Shown piece by piece: positions 18,831-28,163 of a stretch of DNA of 61,634 nt. Numbering within the stretch: the first letter of the stretch is position 1; every line of letters begins with the position of its first letter. Both the position numbers and the translations under genes were made by a program. Under the pieces are notes generated by a model, which saw only the letters and a list, made by a program, of their open reading frames with translations, was not told where the DNA came from and did no database searches. The DNA lies in assembly GCA_009694865.1 (NCBI GenBank), contig SICD01000002.1, positions 1-61,634 of the forward strand, written 5' to 3'. This stretch comes from Candidatus Magasanikiibacteriota bacterium. GTDB taxonomy: Bacteria; Patescibacteriota; Patescibacteriia; Magasanikbacterales; GWA2-37-8.

Positions 18831-19529
18831 TTATTTCCCCAACCGACGTTCAGTTTGGGCGTAAAATTGCAGGGCTTTTTCGAGGTCGAGGGGAGAAAAA
18901 TCGGGATACATTTTGGGGCTAAAAAACAGTTCTGCTTCGGCGGCGTCCCACATCATAAAGCCGGTAGACAAGTGGGGGTCGTTGCCCGTACGGATAATTA
19001 GGTCAACTGGTGGGAGGTTTTTGGTATAGAGGTGTTGTTTGATGCTCTTTTCGGTAATTTCGCTGGGTGCGGGCTTGATGGCCGCTATGTTTTGTATGGC
19101 TCGAACCATTTCGGCGGTGCCATTATAAGCTAAAAGGAAGGTTAGCTCAAAATTGTGGTAATTTTTTGTGGCATCGAGCGCGGTTTTAAGCGCGGCCTTG
19201 GTTTCGGAAGGGAAGTAGTCTTCCCATTCGCCAAAAGCGTTGATATGAACCTTGTTTTGGTGAACTAGTTTGGCTTTGGCGATTTTTTTAAAGTAGGCGG
19301 TAAAGATTTTAAAAAGAAATTGGACTTCTTTATTGTCTCGTTTGGTAACATTGTTTATAGATGCCCCCCAAAAAGTAAGGTTTTTAATGCCAGCCTCAAG
19401 CGCGGCAGTTAAAATTTTCTCGGTGGTTTTGGCGCCGGCGCGGTGCCCCATAAAAGTGGGCAGGCCCTTGGCCTTTGCCCAGCGGCGGTTGCCGTCCGGT
19501 ATGATGGCGATGTGAGCGGGGAGAGACAT
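18831..19529 (-). CDS. uppS: Undecaprenyl diphosphate synthase (cis-prenyltransferase)
   Basis: 232 aa with motifs HIAIIPDGNRRWA and LIIRTGN..R.S.F..W. Confidence 0.92.
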   Translation of the reverse strand: MSLPAHIAIIPDGNRRWAKAKGLPTFMGHRAGAKTTEKILTAALEAGIKNLTFWGASINNVTKRDNKEVQFLFKIFTAYFKKIAKAKLVHQNKVHINAFGEWEDYFPSETKAALKTALDATKNYHNFELTFLLAYNGTAEMVRAIQNIAAIKPAPSEITEKSIKQHLYTKNLPPVDLIIRTGNDPHLSTGFMMWDAAEAELFFSPKMYPDFSPLDLEKALQFYAQTERRLGK

Positions 19530-19578
19530 AAAGCCCGATTATGATAGCAGAAATTTTGGAGAACGGCAATTATACTAG

Positions 19579-19651
19579 TGGACCGATGGGGATTCGAACC
19601 CCAGACCCCCGCGTTGCAAACGCGGTGCTCTACCAGCTGAGCTATCGGCCC
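19579..19651 (-). tRNA. tRNA-Ala (anticodon UGC)
   Basis: Hand-folded cloverleaf GGGCCGATAGCTCAGCTGGTAGAGC...TTTGCAA...GGTTCGAATCCCCATCGGTCCA. Has the G3:U70 identity pair; no encoded CCA. Confidence 0.9.
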
Positions 19652-19860
19652 TCCTTCGTCCCGACCAAGTCGGCACTACGGAGGGCAAGCCCCCGTAGTT
19701 TTTACGAAATTAAGCTATTGTTGACTACAAGAATATACCAAAAATTTATCGAAAGGTCAATTGTGTGATATAATATTTACGATGAAATTAGGAAATTGAG
19801 AAATTTATAGAGAGAGGGTGGCAATTTCTTTATTTCTTAGTTTCCTTATTTCTTTTCTCT

Positions 19861-20271
19861 ATGGAGGAACTTTATTTTCTTGCCCAGGTGGTTATTGCCG
19901 CGTTCCTTGGGGCCGTTATTGGTTTTCAGCGGGAGCGGTCGGGTAAAGCCGCGGGTCCGCGCACCTATGCTTTGGTTACGGCCGGGGCGACGTTGTTTAC
20001 TATTTTATCGCTCCATGGGTTTGGCCCAGCCGAGGGCGGGCGCATTGCCGGTAATGTGGTAGTGGGCATTGGGTTTTTAGGCGCCGGGCTTATTTTCCAC
20101 AAGGGCAACCACGTGGAAAATTTAACTACGGCGGCAGGGCTTTGGACGGCGGCGGCGGTGGGTTTGGCGGTGGGTGTGAGATTTTATATTTTGGCCGTTG
20201 GTGTCACGCTTATTATGCTTTTGCTTTTGGCTATTAATGACAAGGCCTTTAAGAAGAAAACCAAGGGTTAG
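19861..20271 (+). CDS. MgtC/SapB family membrane protein
   Basis: 136 aa, four TM segments, motif GFQRERSGKAAGPRTYALV. Confidence 0.8.
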   Translation: MEELYFLAQVVIAAFLGAVIGFQRERSGKAAGPRTYALVTAGATLFTILSLHGFGPAEGGRIAGNVVVGIGFLGAGLIFHKGNHVENLTTAAGLWTAAAVGLAVGVRFYILAVGVTLIMLLLLAINDKAFKKKTKG

Positions 20272-20786
20272 ATTTTGAGGTAGAAACGGCCGAGCCAAAA
20301 GAGAATGGCGACGTAGACAAAATCAAAGTGGATACGTTTTAGGAGGTTTAAAATGTATAAAAGAAGGATGAAGGGGTAGCCAATAAGAATAAGGGGATTG
20401 TGGAGAACGCGACCGTTGGTGGTTTGGAGAAGAGATTTAGCGTCGCCGGTTGAAGGAATGGCGTGGAGGCCAATGGCGATACCGAGCCAAACATAGACCA
20501 GACGGTGCCATTCGGCATACGGCGGGGTGACTTTGGCGAAAAGGAATAACGTAAGAAGTGTGTTAAGCAAAAGCGGGCCAAACGAGATTAGAATTGCTTG
20601 AAAAAAATACCGCGGTTCTTCGTGTGTTACGAAACCCGCGGTTTTTTTATCGAATTGAAATAGTTTTACTTTATAAATTTTAACGCCGGCGAGGAGACAA
20701 AAAAATAAGTGGCCAAGTTCGTGTACGGCAACGCCTGGGGCGGTTAAGAGAGAGTAGAGATAGAACACAAGGTTTAATAGCGTCAC
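20268..20786 (-). CDS. Membrane-embedded HExxH zinc-metallopeptidase-like protein
   Basis: 172 aa, polytopic, with VAVHELGHLFF near the N-terminus. Confidence 0.55.
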   Translation of the reverse strand: MTLLNLVFYLYSLLTAPGVAVHELGHLFFCLLAGVKIYKVKLFQFDKKTAGFVTHEEPRYFFQAILISFGPLLLNTLLTLFLFAKVTPPYAEWHRLVYVWLGIAIGLHAIPSTGDAKSLLQTTNGRVLHNPLILIGYPFILLLYILNLLKRIHFDFVYVAILFWLGRFYLKI

Positions 20787-20787
20787 C

Positions 20788-22143
20788 TTAAGTTAGGGGG
20801 TTGCGGCGTTCGCCTGGAGGCTCACTCGCAATGACGCACGCAGCCAAAATCCAGAATAAAATCGCAAGATCGTTTTTAAAATAAGGCACATCAATTAGGC
20901 CATGTACTAAGAATACCACAAGAGCCGCCAAGAGACTAGCGCCGAGTATTTTATTGGAGTGTTTGTAAATCCTCCAGCCAATAGCCAATAGCCAATAGTA
21001 CATAGCGAAAAATGAGAGCATACCAATGAGGCCGATTTCCGTCCAGAAGTTGAGGAAGATGTTGTGGGGGTAGATGAGGCGTTCCATTTCGCGAACGTTA
21101 TAGTAAGGTTTTTGGATTTTGCGGAAAAATTGACCGATGCCGGCGCCGAAAACGAAATTTTTGGGAGATTTGCTTAGAAAGGTTTCGGTGTACGTCCAGA
21201 GGGTAAGGCGGTTAGCGGACGACTGCGATTTGTTTTGCAGAAGTCCTAAGCGATAAGTACTAAGCACTAAGCAAATACCAATAAAAACCCCGACCAAAGC
21301 GGTCTTTTTGCGTCCGATGAGAAAGAGAAAGAGCAACGTTCCGACAGCGACCGCAACGAGTGCGCCAAGGGATTTAGTGAGAAGGAGAGTGGCGACCGCC
21401 AAAAGCGTCATTACGAGGAGACCGAGGAACGAGGGCGACGTCGTAATCCCTTTGTTGTGGGAAGTTTGTAAGCTGGGGGATCGCGACGCTCGTACCTCGC
21501 TCGCGATGACGCCTAGTAGCAACATCACAATCGGTCCCAGGTAGAGCCCGACGGCATTGGGTGAGAGAAAAAAAGAAGTGACACGGTGGGTTTGGATGGC
21601 AATCCAGTCTACATTGCCAATGTGCCAGCCGGTGAAGTATTGGAGGATTCCGAAAATATTTATGCTCACGGTGGACAAGGCCAGAAACCAAATGAGGTCG
21701 GACGGGGTTAGCATTCCCCGCTTGGGCGGGGTAGGGGTGGGTGAGGATGCTTGCGGGGCGATTCGTCCCACCAACATCACAAACACCAACGTTGGTTCCA
21801 AAAAATACGCGCGCCATTGGCCAAGCGAGTAGTACCACATGTCGGAGATGAAGATGCTGGCGATTGAGGTTAGAAAAAAAAGAAGCAGGGAAATAAAGAA
21901 ATATTTGTGATTGGTGATTGTGGATTTAATATGCGGCCAGTCGGCGCGGGCGAATTTGATGATCCAGATTAAAAATAAAATTCCAAACATTACCTCTAGA
22001 ATAGTAGAGGGGAGCGGGCCAAGGCGGAGACGGATGAGATAGGCGGGGAGGGCAATAATAAATAAGCCCGTGGCGAGGCGGAAGTTGGTCCAGGCGAAGT
22101 GGGCGAAGGCCAGGCTGAAGAGGGTGAGTAACAAATAAGTCAT
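20788..22143 (-). CDS. O-antigen ligase (Wzy_C)-like polytopic membrane protein carrying an internal Family A repeat
   Basis: 451 aa with 10 or more TM segments and the Wzy_C-like motif YPHNIFLNFWTEIGLIGMLSF. The segment encoded by 21407-21510 is the repeat. Confidence 0.7.
   Translation of the reverse strand: MTYLLLTLFSLAFAHFAWTNFRLATGLFIIALPAYLIRLRLGPLPSTILEVMFGILFLIWIIKFARADWPHIKSTITNHKYFFISLLLFFLTSIASIFISDMWYYSLGQWRAYFLEPTLVFVMLVGRIAPQASSPTPTPPKRGMLTPSDLIWFLALSTVSINIFGILQYFTGWHIGNVDWIAIQTHRVTSFFLSPNAVGLYLGPIVMLLLGVIASEVRASRSPSLQTSHNKGITTSPSFLGLLVMTLLAVATLLLTKSLGALVAVAVGTLLFLFLIGRKKTALVGVFIGICLVLSTYRLGLLQNKSQSSANRLTLWTYTETFLSKSPKNFVFGAGIGQFFRKIQKPYYNVREMERLIYPHNIFLNFWTEIGLIGMLSFFAMYYWLLAIGWRIYKHSNKILGASLLAALVVFLVHGLIDVPYFKNDLAILFWILAACVIASEPPGERRNPLT
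21407..21510. repeat. Family A inverted-repeat element inside a CDS
   Basis: GTCATTACGAGGAGACCGAGGAACGAGGGCGACGTCGTAATCCC faces GGGATCGCGACGCTCGTACCTCGCTCGCGATGAC. It is read through as ...ASEVRASRSPSLQTSHNKGITTSPSFLGLLVMT... Confidence 0.65.
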
Positions 22144-22149
22144 AGGTGG

Positions 22150-22914
22150 TTAGGCGGTAATCATGGGGCGGCTGATGCTCCAGAGAAGGTCGAATAGTTG
22201 TTTAAACATTTCGCTGAATACTGGGCTGGTGATAGTTACTGCGGAACCTTCTGTTTTGGTAGCAAATATTGCTACGGTAGTGTCCCAAAAAAGAATAGTG
22301 GCTTGAAACGTAAGTTCACGTGGTAAAAATTTTGCTTCGCGGAGTTCGCGCGTATGGATAACGGGGGAATATTTTTTTATTTCGTGGCTTTCAACGCGGA
22401 GACTTTTTAGTTTAATGCCATGCTCTAAGCGGCGTTTTGTAAAGTGATATTTTTCGCCTAATATTTCTTGAAAATTTTTAGGTGAAACTATTTCATAAAT
22501 TATCTTGCTTTTACAGTTCATGGCTGATTCAAAAATATCGGTGAGGCGATCGCGGTAATAAATTTTTACTTTTGTTGAGGTAGTATAATCCTTTTTAATA
22601 GTTTGGAGTAGGGGGATGGCGGCGGCTACTTCGCGAAGTTTTTTTTCTAATAATCGTTTCAAAACTGTGGGGTCATGCGCTTCGTACACGTGGCGGGATT
22701 TGTGTTTGGACGCGCTAATAAGTCCATACTCGAGTAAGCGTTGGAGAATGGATTCGGTGGTGGTGGGTGGAAGTTCTGCTAAGCGGGCAAGCGGCGTAGC
22801 GGTGGTTTGCCCCGCCCGGAGGAGGGCTATATATACCCGCTGTTCTTTTTCTTTTAAACCAAACGACAACAATACTTCGGCGAGCTCTTGTTTTTGGAGG
22901 GGAGTTAAATTCAT
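22150..22914 (-). CDS. TrmB-family HTH transcriptional regulator
   Basis: N-terminal winged-helix pattern LKEKEQRVYIALLRAGQTTATPLARLAELPPTTTESILQRLLEYGLI, 254 aa. Confidence 0.7.
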   Translation of the reverse strand: MNLTPLQKQELAEVLLSFGLKEKEQRVYIALLRAGQTTATPLARLAELPPTTTESILQRLLEYGLISASKHKSRHVYEAHDPTVLKRLLEKKLREVAAAIPLLQTIKKDYTTSTKVKIYYRDRLTDIFESAMNCKSKIIYEIVSPKNFQEILGEKYHFTKRRLEHGIKLKSLRVESHEIKKYSPVIHTRELREAKFLPRELTFQATILFWDTTVAIFATKTEGSAVTITSPVFSEMFKQLFDLLWSISRPMITA

Positions 22915-23069
22915 ATCAACGATAATTTTCGTAGTTTTAATATACTTATTTTTATTATACTTTAGCTAAAATTTAATAGCAACATAGCTTATCCACAAAA
23001 AATTATGTTTTTAATTAAGGTGGTGCGGTAAGATGGACATGTTCGAACAACCACTAACGGAGGGAGATC

Positions 23070-23534
23070 ATGCAGAGAAAAATCCAAACACAGCCGATCA
23101 TTAGAACTGTCGATGCGGTGCTCACAGACTTTGAACGGGTGCTGCTTATTCGGCGAGCGAAGCCGCCGTTTATGGACAAGCTGGTTTTGCCCGGCGGACA
23201 CGTTGAGCGCTCGGACAAAAATCTCATCGAAGCGTGTCGGCGCGAGGTGCGCGAAGAAGTGGGGCTCGATTTGGCCGCTGGGCGATTCGAGTTTCTCTGT
23301 CGGCTCAGCACGCCGGGGCGTGACCCGCGACCGGGACGGCGTGTCTCTACTGTCTTTAAGGTTGAGCTGGATCGGTCGGAGTTCGACATGGCCAAAGCCG
23401 GAAGCGACGCGACGCAAATTGTCATTGTAGATAGGATCTTGCACCGCGAGGAAATGGGGTTTGACCACTTCGACGCGCTTGCGAAAATCGACTTCTATTG
23501 GGAGCAGATGATTCGTGACGACGATTTTTTCTAG
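23070..23534 (+). CDS. NUDIX hydrolase in a GC-rich island
   Basis: Nudix box GGHVERSDKNLIEACRREVREEVGL. Good RBS (GGAGGGA). Local GC is clearly above its flanks. Confidence 0.8.
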   Translation: MQRKIQTQPIIRTVDAVLTDFERVLLIRRAKPPFMDKLVLPGGHVERSDKNLIEACRREVREEVGLDLAAGRFEFLCRLSTPGRDPRPGRRVSTVFKVELDRSEFDMAKAGSDATQIVIVDRILHREEMGFDHFDALAKIDFYWEQMIRDDDFF

Positions 23535-23610
23535 CATTCAGTCGTTCTTTCACAGCCTTACCGAGCGGCTCACAATAGCTCGGAATCCACAAAGTGCATT
23601 TTGTCAGAAT

Positions 23611-23645
23611 AAAAAATCATCCCGAGCGTTTGGGATGATTTTTTG
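23611..23645 (+). terminator. Rho-independent terminator
   Basis: ATCATCCC-GAGCGTTT-GGGATGAT followed by TTTTT. Confidence 0.65.
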
Positions 23646-23929
23646 CGTATGTATCGATTTATATGCATTGTGTTCGTCGCCATTCAACAGGAGGGTGCCG
23701 AAGGCCATTATGCAGAAGAGTGGGGGCGATTTCGCCTAACGTTCGCGTATAGCCAAAGTCGCGCCCCGATCTAAGTAATATATTACATCAATTAGAGAGG
23801 GTCCAGTCCATCCACTCAATTAATAAAATCCCCGCGCAATTTGGGCGAAAAAATGCTACCTTATAAAATATATACTCAAGCATTTTTGAGCTGGCTATAC
23901 GCTGTTAAGTGATGTTTGAACAAAAAATT

Positions 23930-24286
23930 TTATGTCAGCTCATTTATCATGACATCTAAAATTCTGTTTAGAATGTCTATATCATCTTGTGTAGAAAATC
24001 TGGACCAATCTCTTGTTGTCATATATTCATTAAATTCTTTTATCTTTGCCAGGGTAACAGGATTCGATATTATCCCTTGTTCAACTAATGCGTTGATTCG
24101 TGCTCTGACCCCGACAAAACAGCTGCCGCGGCATTTATATAATAGATAGTTCGGATCTACAGGCATTAATTTTTTAGGAGGTAGATCCTCTAAATAATCA
24201 TTTCTATATGCAACAAAAGCAGCAAGATATTTTTTCCTTGTCTCTAGAGATTGGACAAGATTTTCGATTCTATTTTCCGGTGTCAT
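23930..24286 (-). CDS. Hypothetical protein
   Basis: 118-aa ORF with AT-rich codon usage like the host genome. No motif recognised. Confidence 0.45.
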   Translation of the reverse strand: MTPENRIENLVQSLETRKKYLAAFVAYRNDYLEDLPPKKLMPVDPNYLLYKCRGSCFVGVRARINALVEQGIISNPVTLAKIKEFNEYMTTRDWSRFSTQDDIDILNRILDVMINELT

Positions 24287-24402
24287 AAAATTTTTTGGCC
24301 AAATTTCACTTAACTACTTATATACCAACTCATTAAAAGATTAGCTAAGGTATAATAAAATTTTTCATAAAAGGTGGTTATAGACTGGTGGTATATAAAA
24401 GT

Positions 24403-24951
24403 TTACCACCTGAACTCCTTATTTCTCAACATCTCATTAAATCTAATAATATTATAGGCGATAAATTCGTTTTCAATGGTGCCATCAAGGGCCATTTTTA
24501 CTGCTTTTTTGAAAGGGATAAAGTGTGGTGTGATGAGTTCGCCGGGGTCGGGGGGGAGTGGAGACGAAAATAAATTTTTGGCGGCAAAAATATAAATGTT
24601 CCAGAGCAGTGTGTCGGAGGGGGATTTTTTGTGAATAAGTTTTATAGTTTTGGCACTGTAGCCGGTTTCTTCGCGTAGTTCGCGCAAGGCGGCTTTTTTG
24701 GGTGTGTCGTTTTTGTTATCGATACGGCCGCCGGGGAGAAACCAGACACTTTTTTTGTACTCGTGGCGGCGTTCTTTAATCATCAGCAATTCATTTTTTT
24801 CGTTGAAGGCTAAAATGGAAACACTGCCGGGGCGGGCGCAGTATTCAAACATCGTCTGACTACCATTTGGAAAAGTTACCGGGCGTTGTTTGATAGTGAA
24901 GATTTTTCCGTGGTATATGGTGGTGAGCGGGCCAAGTTTGAGTTTTTTCAT
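24403..24951 (-). CDS. NUDIX hydrolase (ADP-ribose pyrophosphatase-like)
   Basis: Nudix box LPGGRIDNKNDTPKKAALRELREETGY. Confidence 0.85.
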   Translation of the reverse strand: MKKLKLGPLTTIYHGKIFTIKQRPVTFPNGSQTMFEYCARPGSVSILAFNEKNELLMIKERRHEYKKSVWFLPGGRIDNKNDTPKKAALRELREETGYSAKTIKLIHKKSPSDTLLWNIYIFAAKNLFSSPLPPDPGELITPHFIPFKKAVKMALDGTIENEFIAYNIIRFNEMLRNKEFRW

Positions 24952-24992
24952 ACTAATTTTAAAACTTTTTTGAGAGAGTCATAGTATGAATT

Positions 24993-25307
24993 TCATGTCT
25001 CTTCTGCTAGCGATTTTATTGCTTTAGTTCGAGCTGCTTCATCGACGTTCTGTTGTACTGTTTTCACCACTTCTGCTAGCGCGATTAATTTTGGTAAATA
25101 TTCAACATACATAATCTCGCTATTTAATTTGCTTGATTGAGTAAGAATTAATTTTACAAGACGACTAATATCTCCAAAATCAACAAACCCACCGTCGGAT
25201 TGTAGAATGGTGGTAACTCTTTTTAGGACGTAACTTTCTAAGTCGTCTATTTCAGGTGTTAAATTTTTAATATCGGGTGGAAGTGTTTTTTCCAAGAAAT
25301 CTGGCAT
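24993..25307 (-). CDS. Hypothetical protein
   Basis: 104-aa ORF between NUDIX and ahcY on the same strand. No motif recognised. Confidence 0.45.
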   Translation of the reverse strand: MPDFLEKTLPPDIKNLTPEIDDLESYVLKRVTTILQSDGGFVDFGDISRLVKLILTQSSKLNSEIMYVEYLPKLIALAEVVKTVQQNVDEAARTKAIKSLAEET

Positions 25308-25326
25308 ATTCTTAATACAGGGTAAT

Positions 25327-26628
25327 TTAATATCGATAATTTTCCGGTTTAAATGGTCCGTTGACTGACGTGCCCAAATAATCCGCCTGTTTTTTTGTTA
25401 GCTTGGTTAATTTAACACCGAGTTTAGGAAGATGGAGACGAGCGACTTCTTCGTCGAGTTCTTTGGGCAGTACGTACACTTTGCCCGATTCGTAGATACC
25501 TTTGTTATTCCAGATGGCGAGTTGGGCGAGCACTTGGTTAGTGAACGAGGTGCTCATAACAAAGCTGGGGTGGCCGTGGGCGTTGCCGAGGTTGACGAGG
25601 CGGCCACGGGATAGGAGAACTAGGCATTTGCCATTGGCCCACACAAATTTATCTACCTGCGGTTGAATATTTTCTTCTTTAATATTGGTTTGACTCGTGA
25701 GCCAAGCCACGTCAATTTCCGAATCAAAGTGGCCGATGTTGCACACAATGGCGCCGTCTTTCATGGCGGTCATGTGTTTGCCGGTGATAATGTCGCAACA
25801 GCCAGTGGCGGTTACAAAGATATCACCGATTTTGGCAGCTTCATCCATGGTGGTAACTTCGTATCCTTCCATGGCGGCTTGCAGGGCATTGATGGGGTCA
25901 ATTTCGGTTACGAGCACGCGGGCGCCGAAGCCGTGCATGCTTTGGGCACAGCCTTTGCCTACATCACCAAAGCCGGCGACGACCACGACCTTGCCCGCGA
26001 TCATAATATCGGTGGCACGTTTGATGCCGTCGGCGAGGGATTCGCGACAGCCGTATTTATTGTCGAATTTTGATTTGGTGACGGAGTCATTCACGTTAAT
26101 GGCCACGGTGCCGAGGGTGCCTTTTTCCATCATTTGGTACAGCCGATGCACGCCAGTGGTGGTTTCTTCGGAAACGCCTTTTATTTCTTTTAACATTTCC
26201 GGGTGTTTGTCGTGCACAAGCACGGTCAAATCGCCGCCGTCGTCGAGTAGTAAATTCGGGCCTCGTCCGTTGGAAAATTTGAGGCTTTCTTCCACACACC
26301 ACCAGTATTCTGGTTCCGTTTCGCCTTTCCAGGCAAATACCGGGATACCCGCCTCGGCCACGGCAGCCGCCGCATGGTCTTGGGTAGAGAAAATGTTACA
26401 ACTACTCCAGCGCACTTCGGCGCCTAGTTCGGTGAGGGTTTCGATGAGGACAGCCGTTTGGATGGTCATGTGGAGACAGCCGGCAATGCGGGCGTCTTTC
26501 AATGGCTTTTGACCCTTATACTTTTCCCGTAGAGACATGAGGCCGGGCATTTCTTTTTCCGCGAGAATTATTTCCTTGCGGCCCCAGGCGGCGAGGGTAG
26601 TGTCGGCGACTTTGTAATCTGAATTCAT
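25327..26628 (-). CDS. ahcY: Adenosylhomocysteinase
   Basis: 433 aa with a strongly conserved SAHH pattern ([19 protein letters not shown]-binding [20 protein letters not shown]). Confidence 0.96.
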   Translation of the reverse strand: MNSDYKVADTTLAAWGRKEIILAEKEMPGLMSLREKYKGQKPLKDARIAGCLHMTIQTAVLIETLTELGAEVRWSSCNIFSTQDHAAAAVAEAGIPVFAWKGETEPEYWWCVEESLKFSNGRGPNLLLDDGGDLTVLVHDKHPEMLKEIKGVSEETTTGVHRLYQMMEKGTLGTVAINVNDSVTKSKFDNKYGCRESLADGIKRATDIMIAGKVVVVAGFGDVGKGCAQSMHGFGARVLVTEIDPINALQAAMEGYEVTTMDEAAKIGDIFVTATGCCDIITGKHMTAMKDGAIVCNIGHFDSEIDVAWLTSQTNIKEENIQPQVDKFVWANGKCLVLLSRGRLVNLGNAHGHPSFVMSTSFTNQVLAQLAIWNNKGIYESGKVYVLPKELDEEVARLHLPKLGVKLTKLTKKQADYLGTSVNGPFKPENYRY

Positions 26629-26643
26629 AATTTATATTTAATT

Positions 26644-27303
26644 TTATTTTAAATTTCCCTTAATCTCTTTGGGGGAATTATAATATTGTAAGTAAAATTC
26701 CCTGTCTGGTACCGCCAGAGGGAGCCCCGCTTCAATAATAGTATGTAATGTTAATTGAGCAAATTTATTTGGGGAATTTATTGCTCGACCATCTCCAAAG
26801 TGTATTGCCCCAAAGCGAACAAAAAATTCATATCGTCCTTTTGCCTCATTGATTTGGGCAATGAGTCCGGAGTGGTGGGCGTTAGGAACAAGATCAATTT
26901 CTGTGCCGTATGCGCTGTCCATTTCCGGTATTGCTATTGTACTCTGTTCCTGATTTCTGTCATCCCAAGCCACACGCGCTCCCTTAATATGTTCAATTGT
27001 AAGTTTAGTATCTATTAGTAAAACAATACGGTCCTCTTCGCCAACTCCAAATGAGCGTACACCGCCATCTTCCAGATCAGATATTAAAGCCGAAATATCA
27101 GATAGAGTTCCCACCGTAAGATCGTCTTGGGTTAGGCCGGGGAGCTCATTAGAAGGGATGGCTGGATTTAGCTGGTCGCTAAAACGATCGCCAAATTTTT
27201 CTTTAAGTCTGTCCCCAAAAAGTTTTTTGGCTCGTTCAACACGAGCGCTGCGTTCCCGCTCGCGCAGAGCTTCCACGGCTGCTAAGGAATCATATTTGAT
27301 CAT
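26644..27303 (-). CDS. Hypothetical protein, downstream partner of XRE regulator 1
   Basis: 219-aa ORF, 81 nt downstream of the XRE gene on the same strand. No motif recognised. Confidence 0.55.
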   Translation of the reverse strand: MIKYDSLAAVEALRERERSARVERAKKLFGDRLKEKFGDRFSDQLNPAIPSNELPGLTQDDLTVGTLSDISALISDLEDGGVRSFGVGEEDRIVLLIDTKLTIEHIKGARVAWDDRNQEQSTIAIPEMDSAYGTEIDLVPNAHHSGLIAQINEAKGRYEFFVRFGAIHFGDGRAINSPNKFAQLTLHTIIEAGLPLAVPDREFYLQYYNSPKEIKGNLK

Positions 27304-27384
27304 AGTTATAGCCCTTTTTCGTTATACGTCTTCGCATATCTCTAACCAAACCCCTCTTTCGTAAACGTGCGTACTTGCATTCCA

Positions 27385-27642
27385 CTACCTTAAATTAACT
27401 TCCAACCGTTTACCAAACGCACCCGCCACCTTTACTAACATGGCTAGGGAAAAATTTTGATTGCCTGCTTCCATGCGGGCCACGTTGCTTTGGGTGGTAC
27501 CGAGACGCTTGGCTAAGGCGGATTGGGAAAGTTTTTTTTGTTTACGGAGGCGAAGGATGTCCCCAGCAATTTTTAATTGGAGGCTTTTGAATTTTGTAGT
27601 GACGGTATTAGAAAATTTTTTCATATACTGTGTATATATCAT
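27385..27642 (-). CDS. XRE-family HTH protein (paralog 1)
   Basis: LSQSALAKRLGTTQSNVARMEAGNQNFSLAML. About 80% identical over about 66 aa to the ORF at 28164-28403. Confidence 0.85.
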   Translation of the reverse strand: MIYTQYMKKFSNTVTTKFKSLQLKIAGDILRLRKQKKLSQSALAKRLGTTQSNVARMEAGNQNFSLAMLVKVAGAFGKRLEVNLR

Positions 27643-27684
27643 TTGCGATATATATTGTCAAGTTAATTGTCCAGTCCGTCGTTC

Positions 27685-27852
27685 TTATAAAAGACGGTCG
27701 AGGTCGCGTTTGAGCTTCGCAGGGAGCACATCTTTTGTAATAAGCCGCTCGATTTCCAAAATATTTAGCAGGCCGGGCATTTCTTTTTCGGCGAGAATTA
27801 TTTCTTTGCGGCCCCAGGCGGCGAGGGTAGTGTCGGCGACTTTGTAGCTCAT
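27685..27852 (-). pseudogene. Chimeric remnant: duplicated first 27-28 codons of ahcY fused to 27-28 unrelated codons
   Basis: Hand translation gives [28 protein letters not shown] + [27 protein letters not shown]. Nucleotides 27771-27846 are 74/76 identical to 26541-26616. Its ATG overlaps the upstream stop codon (ATGA). Confidence 0.6.
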
Positions 27853-28148
27853 AACGCAGATTTAGTAAATGATTTAGACAGATTTTTATGCTCAAGTTTT
27901 TTCCCAATTAAAAAGCCAGCAAAAGCTAAGATTGTTGCATAAAAAAATGGTAAAAGTATAATTACTCCAGGCGCAATTCCACCACGGTATCCAAGCGCCA
28001 CGACTATTTTAATCAGGAGTGCTGGAAGAAGCATCGGCCAAGCAAGAATATAGGAGGGCTCTTGTCCCGAATTTAAAAATGGAAGAATACCAACGAATAT
28101 TCCTACCATTAATCCGACGAACAAACCGATCCATTTTTTATTGATCAT
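27849..28148 (-). CDS. Small membrane protein (3 predicted TM), downstream partner of XRE regulator 2
   Basis: 99-aa hydrophobic ORF, 15 nt downstream of the XRE paralog. Confidence 0.5.
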   Translation of the reverse strand: MINKKWIGLFVGLMVGIFVGILPFLNSGQEPSYILAWPMLLPALLIKIVVALGYRGGIAPGVIILLPFFYATILAFAGFLIGKKLEHKNLSKSFTKSAL

Positions 28149-28163
28149 ACTATTTTATTTGTG

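Noticed and set aside
19774-19860. Mg2+ (M-box) riboswitch or leader attenuator upstream of the MgtC-family gene, after an extended -10 (TGATATAAT).
   Set aside because: The leader is only about 85 nt, too short for an M-box. It shows a single weak hairpin (GAATTG...CAATTTC type) followed by a T-rich tract, which is not distinguishable from AT-rich background.
22989-23537. 182-aa and 123-aa minus-strand ORFs and a 105-aa plus-strand ORF overlapping the island-C NUDIX gene. The analogous ORFs 47238-47462, 47302-47715 and 47426-47638 lie in island A, and 56346-56696 and 56489-56686 in island B.
   Set aside because: High local GC suppresses stop codons in all frames. Only the chosen frame has a Nudix box (island C) or a proper SD-start arrangement (islands A and B).
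25697-26512. 271-aa ORF on the plus strand, plus several 60-136-aa ORFs, overlapping ahcY. Similar antisense ORFs lie inside hppA, nrdA, nrdB, recQ, ribD and the redox fusion gene.
   Set aside because: Each lies entirely antisense or out of frame within a strongly motif-supported gene. They have low-complexity Ala/Ser/Pro/Arg-rich translations and no RBS, so they are by-products of the codon bias of the real gene.
27865-27884. 20-nt exact match GTAAATGATTTAGACAGATT at 27865-27884 and 31093-31112, considered as possible att-like cassette boundary sites.
   Set aside because: It is too short and AT-rich to interpret without a genome-wide count, and the flanks show no further similarity. It is worth a k-mer check but is not supported as a feature.
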